Notes: generated by a model not told the origin, from the sequence alone. A DNA stretch of 64,000 nucleotides from Candidatus Zhuqueibacterota bacterium (GCA_049322915.1 JBMOPW010000045.1:104206-168205), one strand, 5' to 3'; positions 44,172 through 54,600 are shown, counted from the stretch's first letter. A program made the numbers and translations.

Positions 44172-45680
44172 TCAACTATTGGGATTTTGTTTTAGCTTTC
44201 TCCTCAAAATCTGACCTATCTTATTTCGCGGTAGTTCATTGTAAAATTTTATGACCTGTGGACATTTATAAACCGGCATGTGATTTTTGCAAAACTCGAT
44301 GATCTCGTGGACAGTGACTGTTTCGTTCTTCTTCAGCACAAGGCAGGCGGCAACATCTTCCTTATGGTCCGGATGAGGGATGGAAATCACTGCCGCGTCT
44401 TTGATTTTTGGGTGATTCAGCAACACGTCTTCAATTTCTTTGGTGTAAATTAAAAAGCCGCTTTTGACGATGACGTCGGACTTCTTTTCGCCGATGTAAA
44501 TATAGCCCAGCTCATCCTTCTTGCCCAGATCGCCGGTGTACAACCACCCATTTTTCAATCGTTTTGACATGAGATCGGTGTCGTTCCAATATCCCTTCAG
44601 CACGTCCTGGCTCAGAATCGCCACTTCGCCAATGACATTCGGTTCCACTTCATCGCCGCGGGCGTTGTGAATTTGAATCTCCAGTCCGGCGAGCGGAACG
44701 CCCACGGAATCGTTACGGACGTCCAGGGACGGATGATTTGAACAGACGATGCCGCCGCTTTCAGTGAGACCGTAGCAATTCAATAGCGGCACGTTGAACC
44801 GATTTTTGAAGTCCGATGCTAACTGGTCCGGGACGGGAGTCCACGACGAGAGGCAGAATTTTAGCGATTGGCCTTTTAAAATTTGTGGATCAATTTTTAA
44901 TAACGAGGCGTAAACGTCGGCGCTTGCCACAAGCACGGTCGTGCCGGTCTGGTCAATTTCACGGGCAATTTTTTCATAATCGAGTTTTGCATGCAGCACA
45001 ACCGAACTCCCCAGCGAGAGAGCGCTATTCAAAATAATGTTCTGGCATGAAATCAGAAACAGAGGAAGGATTGCGCCGAACACATCGTCGCCGGTGAATC
45101 GGAAAAAATCGGCCGTGCGGTTTGCGCTGGCGGATAAATTCCGATAGCTCAGCTCCACGCCGACCGGCAATTCGGACATTCCGGACGTGTATTGAATCAC
45201 CGCCACATCATCGGCATTCATCCCGCTGAAAACAAAGTCCGGGGCCGACGAGGCGATCAATTCGATGAGATTGAATTCTGCGCTATTGGATGTTTTCCCC
45301 AGGCAAATCAAAATCGGTTTCATTTCACCCCAGTCCCGGACCTGGTCAATGGCCTGAGTAAAGCCTTCCCAACAGATAATGGCGCGGGGATTGAGGTTTT
45401 TTAAAACGTGATTGAGGTCGTCTTTTTCCAGGGTGTAATTAATGGGACTGATGATGGCTCCGATTTTGAGAGCGGCGTAATAGCTGAATATGAAATGTGG
45501 TAAGTTGGGCATCAGAAGGGCGATGCGATCGCCGCGTTTAAGCCCGATTCCTGAAAGGCCGTTGGCTAATTTATTGGTGATTTCGTCGACCTGGGCGTAC
45601 GTGATGGTATGTTCATTGAAAATGATGGCTGTTTTATTGGGTAATTCCTGAGCGATTTTTTTATATTTCTCAATTAACAT
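44172..45680 (-). CDS. ANL-superfamily AMP-binding protein (acyl-CoA ligase-like) with degenerate catalytic motifs
   Basis: YTSG, YGLTE, GWLYTGDLG present; P-loop and A10 lysines substituted. Confidence 0.8.
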   Translation of the reverse strand: MLIEKYKKIAQELPNKTAIIFNEHTITYAQVDEITNKLANGLSGIGLKRGDRIALLMPNLPHFIFSYYAALKIGAIISPINYTLEKDDLNHVLKNLNPRAIICWEGFTQAIDQVRDWGEMKPILICLGKTSNSAEFNLIELIASSAPDFVFSGMNADDVAVIQYTSGMSELPVGVELSYRNLSASANRTADFFRFTGDDVFGAILPLFLISCQNIILNSALSLGSSVVLHAKLDYEKIAREIDQTGTTVLVASADVYASLLKIDPQILKGQSLKFCLSSWTPVPDQLASDFKNRFNVPLLNCYGLTESGGIVCSNHPSLDVRNDSVGVPLAGLEIQIHNARGDEVEPNVIGEVAILSQDVLKGYWNDTDLMSKRLKNGWLYTGDLGKKDELGYIYIGEKKSDVIVKSGFLIYTKEIEDVLLNHPKIKDAAVISIPHPDHKEDVAACLVLKKNETVTVHEIIEFCKNHMPVYKCPQVIKFYNELPRNKIGQILRRKLKQNPNS

Positions 45681-45921
45681 GCTTCGTTTTAAACCCCTCC
45701 AAAATTTTTATCCGTTATAGTATAAAAAAAAAATGTCAAAATCAAGTTTTTTTTAAAACAAGGGCGCCCCCCAAATTCAATGTGAATTTTTCAAGTCCCT
45801 GTATTTCAAAGGAGCGAAATGGCAGCCGGCCGATTTTGCAGGCATCCACCTTCCGAATCAGGAATCCCGTTGCCGGTGACGCGCACTGAATTTCGGGCGT
45901 GACAGAATCGCAATTTTTACC

Positions 45922-45950
45922 TTGACTTTATTGAATTGCTCGTTTATATT
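45922..45950 (+). promoter_or_regulatory. Sigma-70-type promoter for the CHAT-STAND-TPR gene
   Basis: TTGACT-N17-TATATT, 79 bp upstream of ATG 46029 (GGGAGG RBS). Confidence 0.55.
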
Positions 45951-46028
45951 GTGACCAATTCTCATTTCACTTTGCCCGTAACCCACCTTAAAATCTGTCA
46001 AAGCTCAATCCAGGGAGGCGATCCAGCC

Positions 46029-49000
46029 ATGTCGCTATTTCTTGATATCCTCATGGAACTTGTACCTGAAATGCTGTTCCGCGCGATCAAAGACTACATC
46101 GACATCCGCAAAGGGGAGTTGAAAGATTCTGCCTTTGAAAAATTTTACCGAACCTTAGTCGTTTCGTTCATCGACACGCAAAAGGGATTGGACCAGGGGC
46201 AGGCAAAGAAATTTTTCGCCAGCGATGCCGCGCTCGATGGCGTGCTGGCGTATCTCTATCGCTTCACCGATCCTGATGCGGCGATTCGTGACAAATGCCA
46301 GCAGGCACTGTGTAGTCTGGCAGATCGATATAAAATCTCAGGCGACGCGAAATTTCCGACTGAAAAATTGGTGCAACGCTTTTTAGTTGATCTCGAAACC
46401 GAGCTGCGCCACGATGTCAATAAATCGCTGCTGCCCTTTTTCACTGATCTTCGGGATGACCATGCCAGAATCGTGCAGAAGCTGGATAGCCTGACCGAAC
46501 AGATCGAAGCGGATCGCCAGGCGCGTGAGCAACGCGCCACCCAGATCGATGCCAGCGGCGAAAAAGTGACGGTTCATGGGCAATTGATTTACGATTCCAG
46601 GGAAAAGCCTGAGCCACAACTACCCCTGCCCGTCATTCATTGCACGCTTGAAGCCATCGATAAAGACAATGACCGCTATCGCTCCGTTATTACCAACGAT
46701 AAAGGCAAGGAACTCCACAAACACAATTTCACGCTCAAACGCGACGATGTCTTTCTGCTCAATGCCAATCACTGGCTGGAACATGATGGTTTGCAGGATT
46801 ATCGCAGCCAGATCAAAATTGATTCGAACAGGACGTTTACCCAGCGCGTGGGGAATCATTATTTTGAACTGATTATGGGCGGAAATGGGACGCTGAAGAA
46901 ACATCTCAACACCAATGGTGAATTGGAACGTGGCTTTCAATTTATGTTGGAACTCGATCCCGAAGCTGAATTGCTGTGGCAGGCGCCGTGGGAATTTCTG
47001 CACGATAGCGAGGAGTTTTTGGGACTGTCGGGCAAAGTGCACCTGGTGCGGACGCCTCTCGGCGCGGGCGCGCTGGCGGTCAAGCCCATTCCCCAGCCGC
47101 TGAGAATTCTGGTCGTGATCTCCAATCCTGCGGATAAGGGCGAGTTCGATGGTGAGCGGGCGCTGTCATCGATTCAGGAAGCCGTGGATTACGCGCGGCG
47201 CAATGGCTGGGTCGAGCTGGAATATCTGGAGGATGCCACATTTCTCAATTTTCAGCAGCGACTGGCAGCGTTTCAGCCGCATGTCGTGCATTACATCGGT
47301 CATGGCGGCAGGAATCCCGACGATAAAAAATCGATCAAATCCCCTTATTCAGGCATGCCTGGCGAAACCTACCTCGCGTTTGAAAATGAGAACGGCGATC
47401 TCGATCCCCTCTATGGCAAGCATCTGCAACAATTGTTGGCAAACGCATCATCGGTGCAACTGCTGGTGTTATCGGGCTGCATGACGGGACAGACGGCTGC
47501 CACCGATGCGCTGGCTGGCGTGGGAACTGCCTTGCTCAGGGAACAACTTCCCGCGCTGGTGGTGATGCAGTATTCGGTGCTGGTGGATACCGCCATCCAA
47601 TTTGCCAAAATATTTTACGAGCGAATCAGTAGCGGCAAGCGGCTGAGCCAGGCGCTGACCGAAGTGCGCCAGGTTTTGGCAAAGGGACGTGAACATCGGG
47701 CCGACTGGGGCATTCCTGCGCTGTATCTTCGTTCGGCAGAACTGCAGCTCATCGATCCCAGGGCGAAAAAGCGGGAACCCGAAATCACGGTCGAGCGCAC
47801 CGCCATCGGCGATCTGCCCGTAGTGGCAGGATTTGTGGGAAGAGTGAAAGAACTGCGGCGCTTGCGGGAGACCGTGAAACATCCCCAGCAGCCTGTGATC
47901 TACATCTGGGGACTGGGCGGCATCGGCAAGACCAGCCTCACGGCCAAGCTCATCGAAAAGCTGGAACAGGAACACGCTATTGACGCAAGGCGGGTGATTC
48001 GCTGCAACGAAATCGAGCCGACCTTTGCTGCAATAGCTCAAAAGGTTGGCGATTTCATTAAATTGCAAGGGATGGCAGGACATGCCGAGGCAGGCATCAT
48101 GCTGCAGGATAGCCGCTACGATATCGAGACCAGGGTTTCCCTGCTCAACCAGGTCATCAAAGATCGGCGCTGCCTGTTCGTGTTCGATAATTTCGAATCC
48201 CTGTTCAGCGAAAAAATCCCGCAGGTGGGACGGCTGAACGATCCCGAGCTGGAAACGTTTTTCCAGACGCTGTTCAGCCATAACTGGCGCAGCACCTTTT
48301 TGTTCACCTGCCGCTACCAGTGGAATCTGTTGCTGGAAGAGCCAGGCATGCACCGCTACGCCTGCGGCTTGCCCCGCGCCAATGCGCTGGTGCTGCAGTT
48401 GCAGGGACTCTCGCCTGCGCAGACCCGCATGTTGATGAAGAACCTGCCCGCGCTGGGCAAACTGACGTTCATTGAACAGACCCAGGTGCTGCCGCTGGTG
48501 TTGGGACATCCCCATACCGTGCATCTTTTTGACGCCTATCTTGGTCAATATGGATTAAAATCAGTGTTGCAGGATGATGAAATTACCCGCCGTAGAGACG
48601 TTACATGTAACGTCTCTACACCAACCGAAATTATCCAAAATTTGGGCGCCTATTTCCTCGATGGTCTCTGGGCAAAATTGAACGAACAGGAACGGGATAT
48701 CCTGGGCCTGTTGTCCGTGTTCCGCACCAGCCTGGCCGAGGACGGCTTGCGGCAACTGGCGCCCGATTTAGCCGCGCTGACGACGCTGCGCAACTACTCC
48801 CTGGTGCAACGCATGACCAGCGATACAGAGACCCGCCCTGACTACGGCGTGCACCCTGTGGTGCGCGGCTATGTGGATCGCAAATTCAGCGCGGAGCAGA
48901 TGAAAGCATATCACATGGCTGCGGTGGATTTTTATGTGGCGCAACAGGCAGCCAGATTTCCAAAATCAGATAAGATTGATCAATGGACGCCCGCACTATT

Positions 49001-49994
49001 AGCCCAGATAGCCGAACTCGCCGCTCAACAGGGCAATACCCCGCTGGCGCTGAGCCTGACCGAGGGCTTGCTGGAAATGCACCATCATCTGTTTGCGGCT
49101 GGGGAGTATGAACAGGCTGGCGCTTTGGTAACAGATTTTTATGATTTTCTTGCAATGATTGGTCGCCGTGAAGTCGCTAAAAATCTGCTGCGCCAGAGCA
49201 TTGCTTCACGAGAAGGATTCAACAAATACGTCGCCATGGGCAACCTGGCGACGCTGCTGAAAAACGAAGGCAAATGGCAGGAGGCGCTGGCGACGCATCA
49301 GGAATGTATTGACTATTTCGATAAAGAAGATGCAAAACAGCAAATGGCTCAGGTTTTAAGCCAGCAGGCGCAAATCTACCAGGAACGCGGCGAGTATGAG
49401 CAGGCGCTGGAGCTGGAGCGGAAGGCGATTGAAATTAAGGAAGAAATAAAAGATGAAACTGTCGTTATTCAATACTACCGCATTGCGCAACTGCTGGATA
49501 GAATGGAACGCTACGACGAGGCGCTGACCGCAGGCGAAACCGCGCTGGCAAAAGTCCGCCAGATCAGCAATGCCCAATTGGAAGCCGCCTGCCTGCACCA
49601 GCTCGGCATGACGCTGAACAAGCTCAACCGACCGCAGCAGGCGTTTGAGCGATTTCAGGAGAGTTTACAAATCACAGAAAGACTCGGCGACCGCGCAGGG
49701 CAGGCGGATACGCTGGGAGAGATGGGAAAATTATTATTGAATACTGGACAATTTGATGCGGCTATTCATCTATTTCAAAAGGCAATTGAGATTTATTTCG
49801 AGCAAAACAATCCTGTCAAAGCTGCCATTGTTTTGGAAGCAATTGGATTCACTTTCGAACAACAAGGTCATTTTCAGGAAGCCCTGGAAAAGTATCAGGA
49901 GGCACTGCGGTTGTTTAAGCAATATAGCCATGCAGGAGATGTGGCTGGTACAGAAAGAAATATTGCACGGGTTAAAGCGAAACTGGGGCGGTAG
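46029..49994 (+). CDS. NLR-like protein: helical N-terminus, CHAT caspase-like protease, STAND (NB-ARC-like) NTPase, TPRs
   Basis: PWEFL, HYIGHG, LSGC, WGIPALY (CHAT); GLGGIGKT, LFVFDNFE, FTCR, GHP, VHPVVR (STAND); C-terminal TPRs. Confidence 0.88.
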   Translation: MSLFLDILMELVPEMLFRAIKDYIDIRKGELKDSAFEKFYRTLVVSFIDTQKGLDQGQAKKFFASDAALDGVLAYLYRFTDPDAAIRDKCQQALCSLADRYKISGDAKFPTEKLVQRFLVDLETELRHDVNKSLLPFFTDLRDDHARIVQKLDSLTEQIEADRQAREQRATQIDASGEKVTVHGQLIYDSREKPEPQLPLPVIHCTLEAIDKDNDRYRSVITNDKGKELHKHNFTLKRDDVFLLNANHWLEHDGLQDYRSQIKIDSNRTFTQRVGNHYFELIMGGNGTLKKHLNTNGELERGFQFMLELDPEAELLWQAPWEFLHDSEEFLGLSGKVHLVRTPLGAGALAVKPIPQPLRILVVISNPADKGEFDGERALSSIQEAVDYARRNGWVELEYLEDATFLNFQQRLAAFQPHVVHYIGHGGRNPDDKKSIKSPYSGMPGETYLAFENENGDLDPLYGKHLQQLLANASSVQLLVLSGCMTGQTAATDALAGVGTALLREQLPALVVMQYSVLVDTAIQFAKIFYERISSGKRLSQALTEVRQVLAKGREHRADWGIPALYLRSAELQLIDPRAKKREPEITVERTAIGDLPVVAGFVGRVKELRRLRETVKHPQQPVIYIWGLGGIGKTSLTAKLIEKLEQEHAIDARRVIRCNEIEPTFAAIAQKVGDFIKLQGMAGHAEAGIMLQDSRYDIETRVSLLNQVIKDRRCLFVFDNFESLFSEKIPQVGRLNDPELETFFQTLFSHNWRSTFLFTCRYQWNLLLEEPGMHRYACGLPRANALVLQLQGLSPAQTRMLMKNLPALGKLTFIEQTQVLPLVLGHPHTVHLFDAYLGQYGLKSVLQDDEITRRRDVTCNVSTPTEIIQNLGAYFLDGLWAKLNEQERDILGLLSVFRTSLAEDGLRQLAPDLAALTTLRNYSLVQRMTSDTETRPDYGVHPVVRGYVDRKFSAEQMKAYHMAAVDFYVAQQAARFPKSDKIDQWTPALLAQIAELAAQQGNTPLALSLTEGLLEMHHHLFAAGEYEQAGALVTDFYDFLAMIGRREVAKNLLRQSIASREGFNKYVAMGNLATLLKNEGKWQEALATHQECIDYFDKEDAKQQMAQVLSQQAQIYQERGEYEQALELERKAIEIKEEIKDETVVIQYYRIAQLLDRMERYDEALTAGETALAKVRQISNAQLEAACLHQLGMTLNKLNRPQQAFERFQESLQITERLGDRAGQADTLGEMGKLLLNTGQFDAAIHLFQKAIEIYFEQNNPVKAAIVLEAIGFTFEQQGHFQEALEKYQEALRLFKQYSHAGDVAGTERNIARVKAKLGR
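48592..48619. repeat. Perfect 28-bp GTAG-type palindrome (REP-like) inside the CDS
   Basis: GTAGAGACGTTACA|TGTAACGTCTCTAC is its own reverse complement. Confidence 0.85.
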
Positions 49995-50017
49995 GGCAAA
50001 TTGGCAATTTGCGTTAC
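49991..50017. repeat. Imperfect GTAG-type palindrome (REP-like) overlapping the stop codon
   Basis: GTAGGGCAAATTGGCAATTTGCGTTAC. Confidence 0.65.
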
Positions 50018-50037
50018 GTTTGTTGCAGGAGTCATTT

Positions 50038-50880
50038 TCGTCCCAAAGGGACGACTGATAATAGCCCATCCCGATTGATCGGGATGGGATCAAAAAGGAT
50101 AAAGGTATTTTCAAAGTCCCGTCAGGGACGAATGAATAACAATGCAACAAAACATCCCACGTTGCGGAATTATGTTTCGACAAAATTCATTCGTCCCTAC
50201 GGGACTTGGGCTTGGGCGTGGTCTTTCATCTCTTTTCCCAAGAATAAATTCTTGGGCTATTGTCAAATGTCCCTGTTGGACAAAATGAAAACAACCCATT
50301 GATGTGTCAACGGGATTTGTTCGTCCCAAAGGGACGGAATGAAAATAGCCCATCCCGATTGATCGGGATGGGATCAAAAAGGATAAAGGTATTTTCAAAG
50401 TCCCGCCAGGGACGAATGAATAACAATGCAACAAAACATCCCACGTTGCGGAATTATGTTTCGCCAAAATTCATTCGTCCCTACGGGACTTGGGCTTGGT
50501 CTTTCATCTCTTTTCCCAAGAATGAATTCTTGGGCTATTGTCAATTGTCCCTGCGGGACAAAATGAAAACAACCCATTGATGTGTCAACGGGATTTGTTC
50601 GTCCCGAAGGGACGGAATGAAAATAGCCCATCCCGATTGATCGGGATGGGATCAAAAAGGATAAAGGTATTTTCAAAGTCCCGCCAGGGACGAATGAAAT
50701 AATGATATGATGAAAATGATTGATTCGTGATGATGCCGCCAAAATTCATTCGTCCCTACGGGACTTGGGCGTGGTCTTTCATCTCTTTTCCCAAGAATAA
50801 ATTCTTGGGCTATGGTCAATCGTCCCTTTGGGATGGAATGAAAATAGCCCATCCCGATTGATCGGGATGGGATCGAAAAG
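50038..50880. repeat. Array of alternately inverted ~100-bp multi-hairpin modules (REPIN/BIME-like), ~280-bp period
   Basis: A modules 50038-50136, 50321-50420, 50599-50698 and partial 50820-50880; inverted B modules 50186-50285, 50470-50563, 50745-50835. Confidence 0.92.
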
Positions 50881-50937
50881 AATGAAAACAATAACCATCG
50901 AAAAATTATTCATATAAAAAATAGGAAGGAAAATAAC

Positions 50938-51390
50938 ATGGCACATTCCTATGTGAGCATATTAATCCATTACATCTTCAGCACCAAACATCGGGAAAAA
51001 AATATCTCTCCTGAAATTCAAGATCGCGTTTGGGCATACATGGGCGGGATTGCACGGGAAAACAATATGAAAGCATTATCCATCGGCGGCGTCGAAGAAC
51101 ACGCACATGTTTTGTTATCGTTACCGGCGACAATTTCTATTTCCAAAGGCGTGCAACTCATCAAAGGCGGTTCGTCCAAATGGATTCATGATACGTTTCC
51201 GACACTTAATGAATTTGTTTGGCAAGTTGGATATGGCGCTTTCAGCGTGAGTATTTCTCATGTTGATGAAACGATCAACTATATTGAAAATCAAAGAGAG
51301 CATCATCGACACAAAACTTTTCAGGAAGAATATTTGGCGTTTTTGAAGAAGCACGCTTTTGAATATGATGAAAACTATATCTGGGGATAA
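50938..51390 (+). mobile_element. tnpA: Stand-alone IS200/IS605-family TnpA / REP-associated Y1 HUH nuclease
   Basis: HYIFSTKHR, HUH motif HAH, KGGSSKW, WQVGYGAFSVS, catalytic YIENQ; no tnpB downstream. Confidence 0.9.
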
Positions 51391-51540
51391 CGTGCAATTG
51401 ACTCAACCTGACTCCCTGATCGCTGGAACTACATTCAGCGCGGGCAATAGCTGGGACGTATGTCCCCGAATCGGCGCACCGTTCGGGATGAATATCCCAA
51501 ACGATCGAGAGGCCGCTGGCAGAGGCGTGTTCCACGGATG

Positions 51541-51579
51541 AACGAAGGTCCTCACCCTGATGGCGAGGGCCTTCGTTTT
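51541..51579. terminator. Intrinsic terminator between convergent genes
   Basis: AACGAAGGTCCTC...GAGGGCCTTCGTTTT. Confidence 0.65.
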
Positions 51580-51606
51580 ATGTGGATTAAATTATGGAGG
51601 AAGGAG

Positions 51607-54600
51607 CTATCGCATTAAAATCAGTTTCCGACTCTGGACGTAAGTCCGTGGGAGCAGCGCTGCACTGTTCTCCCGGCGTGATAAAACCGGCGAGTGATCC
51701 GTTGCCTCCAGCCGATAAAGATATATCCCACTGGAAATTCCCCGGGCATCCCAGTTACAACGATGAATTCCTGCTGTCAGGCGTTCAGTTATCAGGGATG
51801 TCACCTCTTCGCCCATCATGTTGTAAATTGTAAGCGTGACAAAACACGGTCTCGGAAGAGCAAATTCGATGGTCGTGCTCGGGTTGAACGGATTGGGATA
51901 GTTTTGATTCAGCGAAAACGACTCAGGAATGGGATTCATCGCCGGCTGTTCCACCTCAGTCAGGACAGCTTTGGAGAAAGGCGAGGTGCTACCCTCAGCG
52001 TTAATTGCAATGGCCGTCACATTGGAAAAAGGCCCATGAATGGAACCGTTCCAGATGAAATTGCCGGCCGGATCGGACATGGTTTCGCCCTGGAAAATTT
52101 CACCCTCGTCCTCAGAGTCCGTGTAGATTTCGATCATGGCGTCAGCGATGGCTGTGCCTGAGACGGAAGAACCAGTGACCGACGTGATGGTCGGCGCGCT
52201 GATCACATTGGCCCCGCCTGAATCGTAGAGTATGCCGGATTGTTGATTGTGAGCGATGCTGTTATGGCTGATCCGGTTGCGGAGCGGCTCTGCGCCATAG
52301 ATACGCACCCCGGCGCCGCGATTGAACCAGATGAAATTGTTCCGGATGCAGTTATCGTACGATTCATCCGCGATGAACACGCCGTCGAATTCATTGCCCG
52401 TGAGTGGATCGATGAATTCCGGCGCCATGCCGATCCAGTTATTCTGGATGCTACTGCGGCAGGACTCTAAAATGTAAATGCCATATCTATTTCCACCGAT
52501 CCGGTTATCGAACACCGCCACGCTGTCGCATTGATTTTGAATACAGATGCCGCCATAATTACCGTTGGGAATGGGCGCATCCCCCAACCGATTGAGTCCG
52601 ACGATGTTGCCCAGGATGTTCACGTGATGCGAAGAATCCGAGACAAATATCCCGCCGTTGGTATTCCCGGAAATGACATTGCGGAACGTATCCATCGGCG
52701 CGATGACCACAAACTGGCTGTGATTCCCAATCCACACGCCATAGCCATTGGGCGCCGGGCTGAAACCATTGAAATCGGCCCCGATGTAGCAGCCGCGCAG
52801 GTGGCCGCCATCGACATTGTCCATGCTGACGCCGGTGCTGTAGAAATTATTGATGGTCAATCCATGAATGAAAACCATCGAACCTGTCACATTCAGGCCG
52901 GAGACGTATTGCCCTGCGTTGCTGCCGCTTATAACTATCTCCGGGCCGTGAGGATTGCAGTCCCTGCCAATAAATGCTGCCTGTGAAAAACCATTCAGAA
53001 ACAAGTCATTATCTGAGATGGTTGGTAATTGACTGAGCGGAGAGATGATCCAGACACCGACATCCGCATCGTGGCCGGGGACGCCCTCGGGAATGGCGAA
53101 TAAAATTGTGTCAGGGCCGATAGAGGAGTTGGCGCTGTTGATTGCGTCGCGCAATGATCCGGGGCCGGCGTCCATGCAATTGGTAACGAGCAGACTGCCT
53201 GTCGTGGGACCGCTTAAAGGATACATGATGGCGAATGTTGAGAGATGATCGGTTTCGCCCCGAATGACATTGACATCGGTATACAGATGGGTTGTGATTT
53301 CAGCCCATTGCCCGCTGGGTTCATCGAATCGCATCAGTTTCAGGGTTGTTTCGTGATCGCCCAGACCGGCGTCGCTGTAAGTGATCTCCATGCTAATCAC
53401 ACCGGAATAAGTGGCCGTTGTGCTGATGAGATAATAACCGGGATTGCCTTCCGGGATCACCACGTGATATGCCGGGGGAATTGGGCCAATGGGTTCAATG
53501 GCGGCGTCGGTATTGCCCGGATTGATCACCTGAGCGAACATCAATTGAATCGCGCTGGTGACATCAACGATGACATTGACGCCGGCCGGCGTGTTGGTCG
53601 GCGATGTGGAAGAAATTGTGAACACAGCGTCGCTGATATCGAAGGGCTGCCCATCCGTGGCGTCCGAGACTTTGACGCAGCAATTGCTGGACGGGGTATT
53701 CGGCACAGTCCATTGGTACGACGGCGAACCGGAGTAGGAACCGGCAATGGTCGAATATGTGGCCCCGCCATTGGTCGAGTACTCAATCTTCACCGCTCCA
53801 CTGAACAGATGGGTATTCCAGACAATGTAACGCGGAGAACCCACATTCCAATTTTCACCGCCGTTGGGCACATCGAGTTTGATGTACGGATTGGAGGTAA
53901 TTTCAAATGAGGCGTTGCTGACGTCGGAAATCACACTCGCCTGCAAGACGGAAAGGCGCACGAGGCAATTGGTGGACGGCTCATCCGGCAATGTCCAGGT
54001 ATAAGAGCCGGCCGTGCCGTGATTGGTCTGATAGGTAACGAAGGAATAATTCGCTCCGCCATCGGTCGAGTACTCGATTTTCACATCGTAATTATCGATC
54101 CCCTGTCCTGTCCAGGTGATGGCCTGAGGCGTGTCCGCTTCCCATTGTTCGCCGCCGTTCGGGTTGGTGACAGTGATACTCGATGTCGATGTTCCGCCCT
54201 GTCCGACAACTTCATCGATACCGACCTGTCCATCGATCAGGCCGGTCATGGCGCCCATGATTTGAATCGTGATCTCTTTCATCGTGTAGTTGGTGGGAAA
54301 AATGGAACTCGACGACCAGTCGAATGTCAGCGTGTTCCACACAGCGTTGGAGTTAAACCAGGAGCTGTATGTCAGTGGTTGATTTAAAAGCTGGTCATTG
54401 TAAAACGTGCGGTCCTTTGCCAGATCATTGTCATACACCGTAACGATGAGGTTGGCGTACAGGGTGGAGCTGACCGTCATATTTTCGGTGAGCCTGACCG
54501 ATATGCTGGTTACGCTCTGCCAGTCGGTTTCGCCCGATAAATCCGGCGAACTGAACTTCATGATCCAGTAGGTTCCGGAGGAACCAGTAATGCCGTGTCC

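Noticed and set aside
45936..46028. Upstream TTG start for the CHAT gene, and similarly extended starts in the ORF track
   Set aside because: It overlaps the predicted promoter; downstream ATGs have clear Shine-Dalgarno sequences
50038..50880. CRISPR array
   Set aside because: Units are ~100 bp and alternate in orientation, spacers repeat, and no cas genes are present
49753..50891. Repeated short ORFs on both strands across the array
   Set aside because: By-products of the DNA repeats; no RBS or protein-like features
51391..51540. tnpB or a canonical IS200/IS605 right end
   Set aside because: No tnpB ORF; only short degenerate GGGAC/GTCCC hairpins that cannot be assigned
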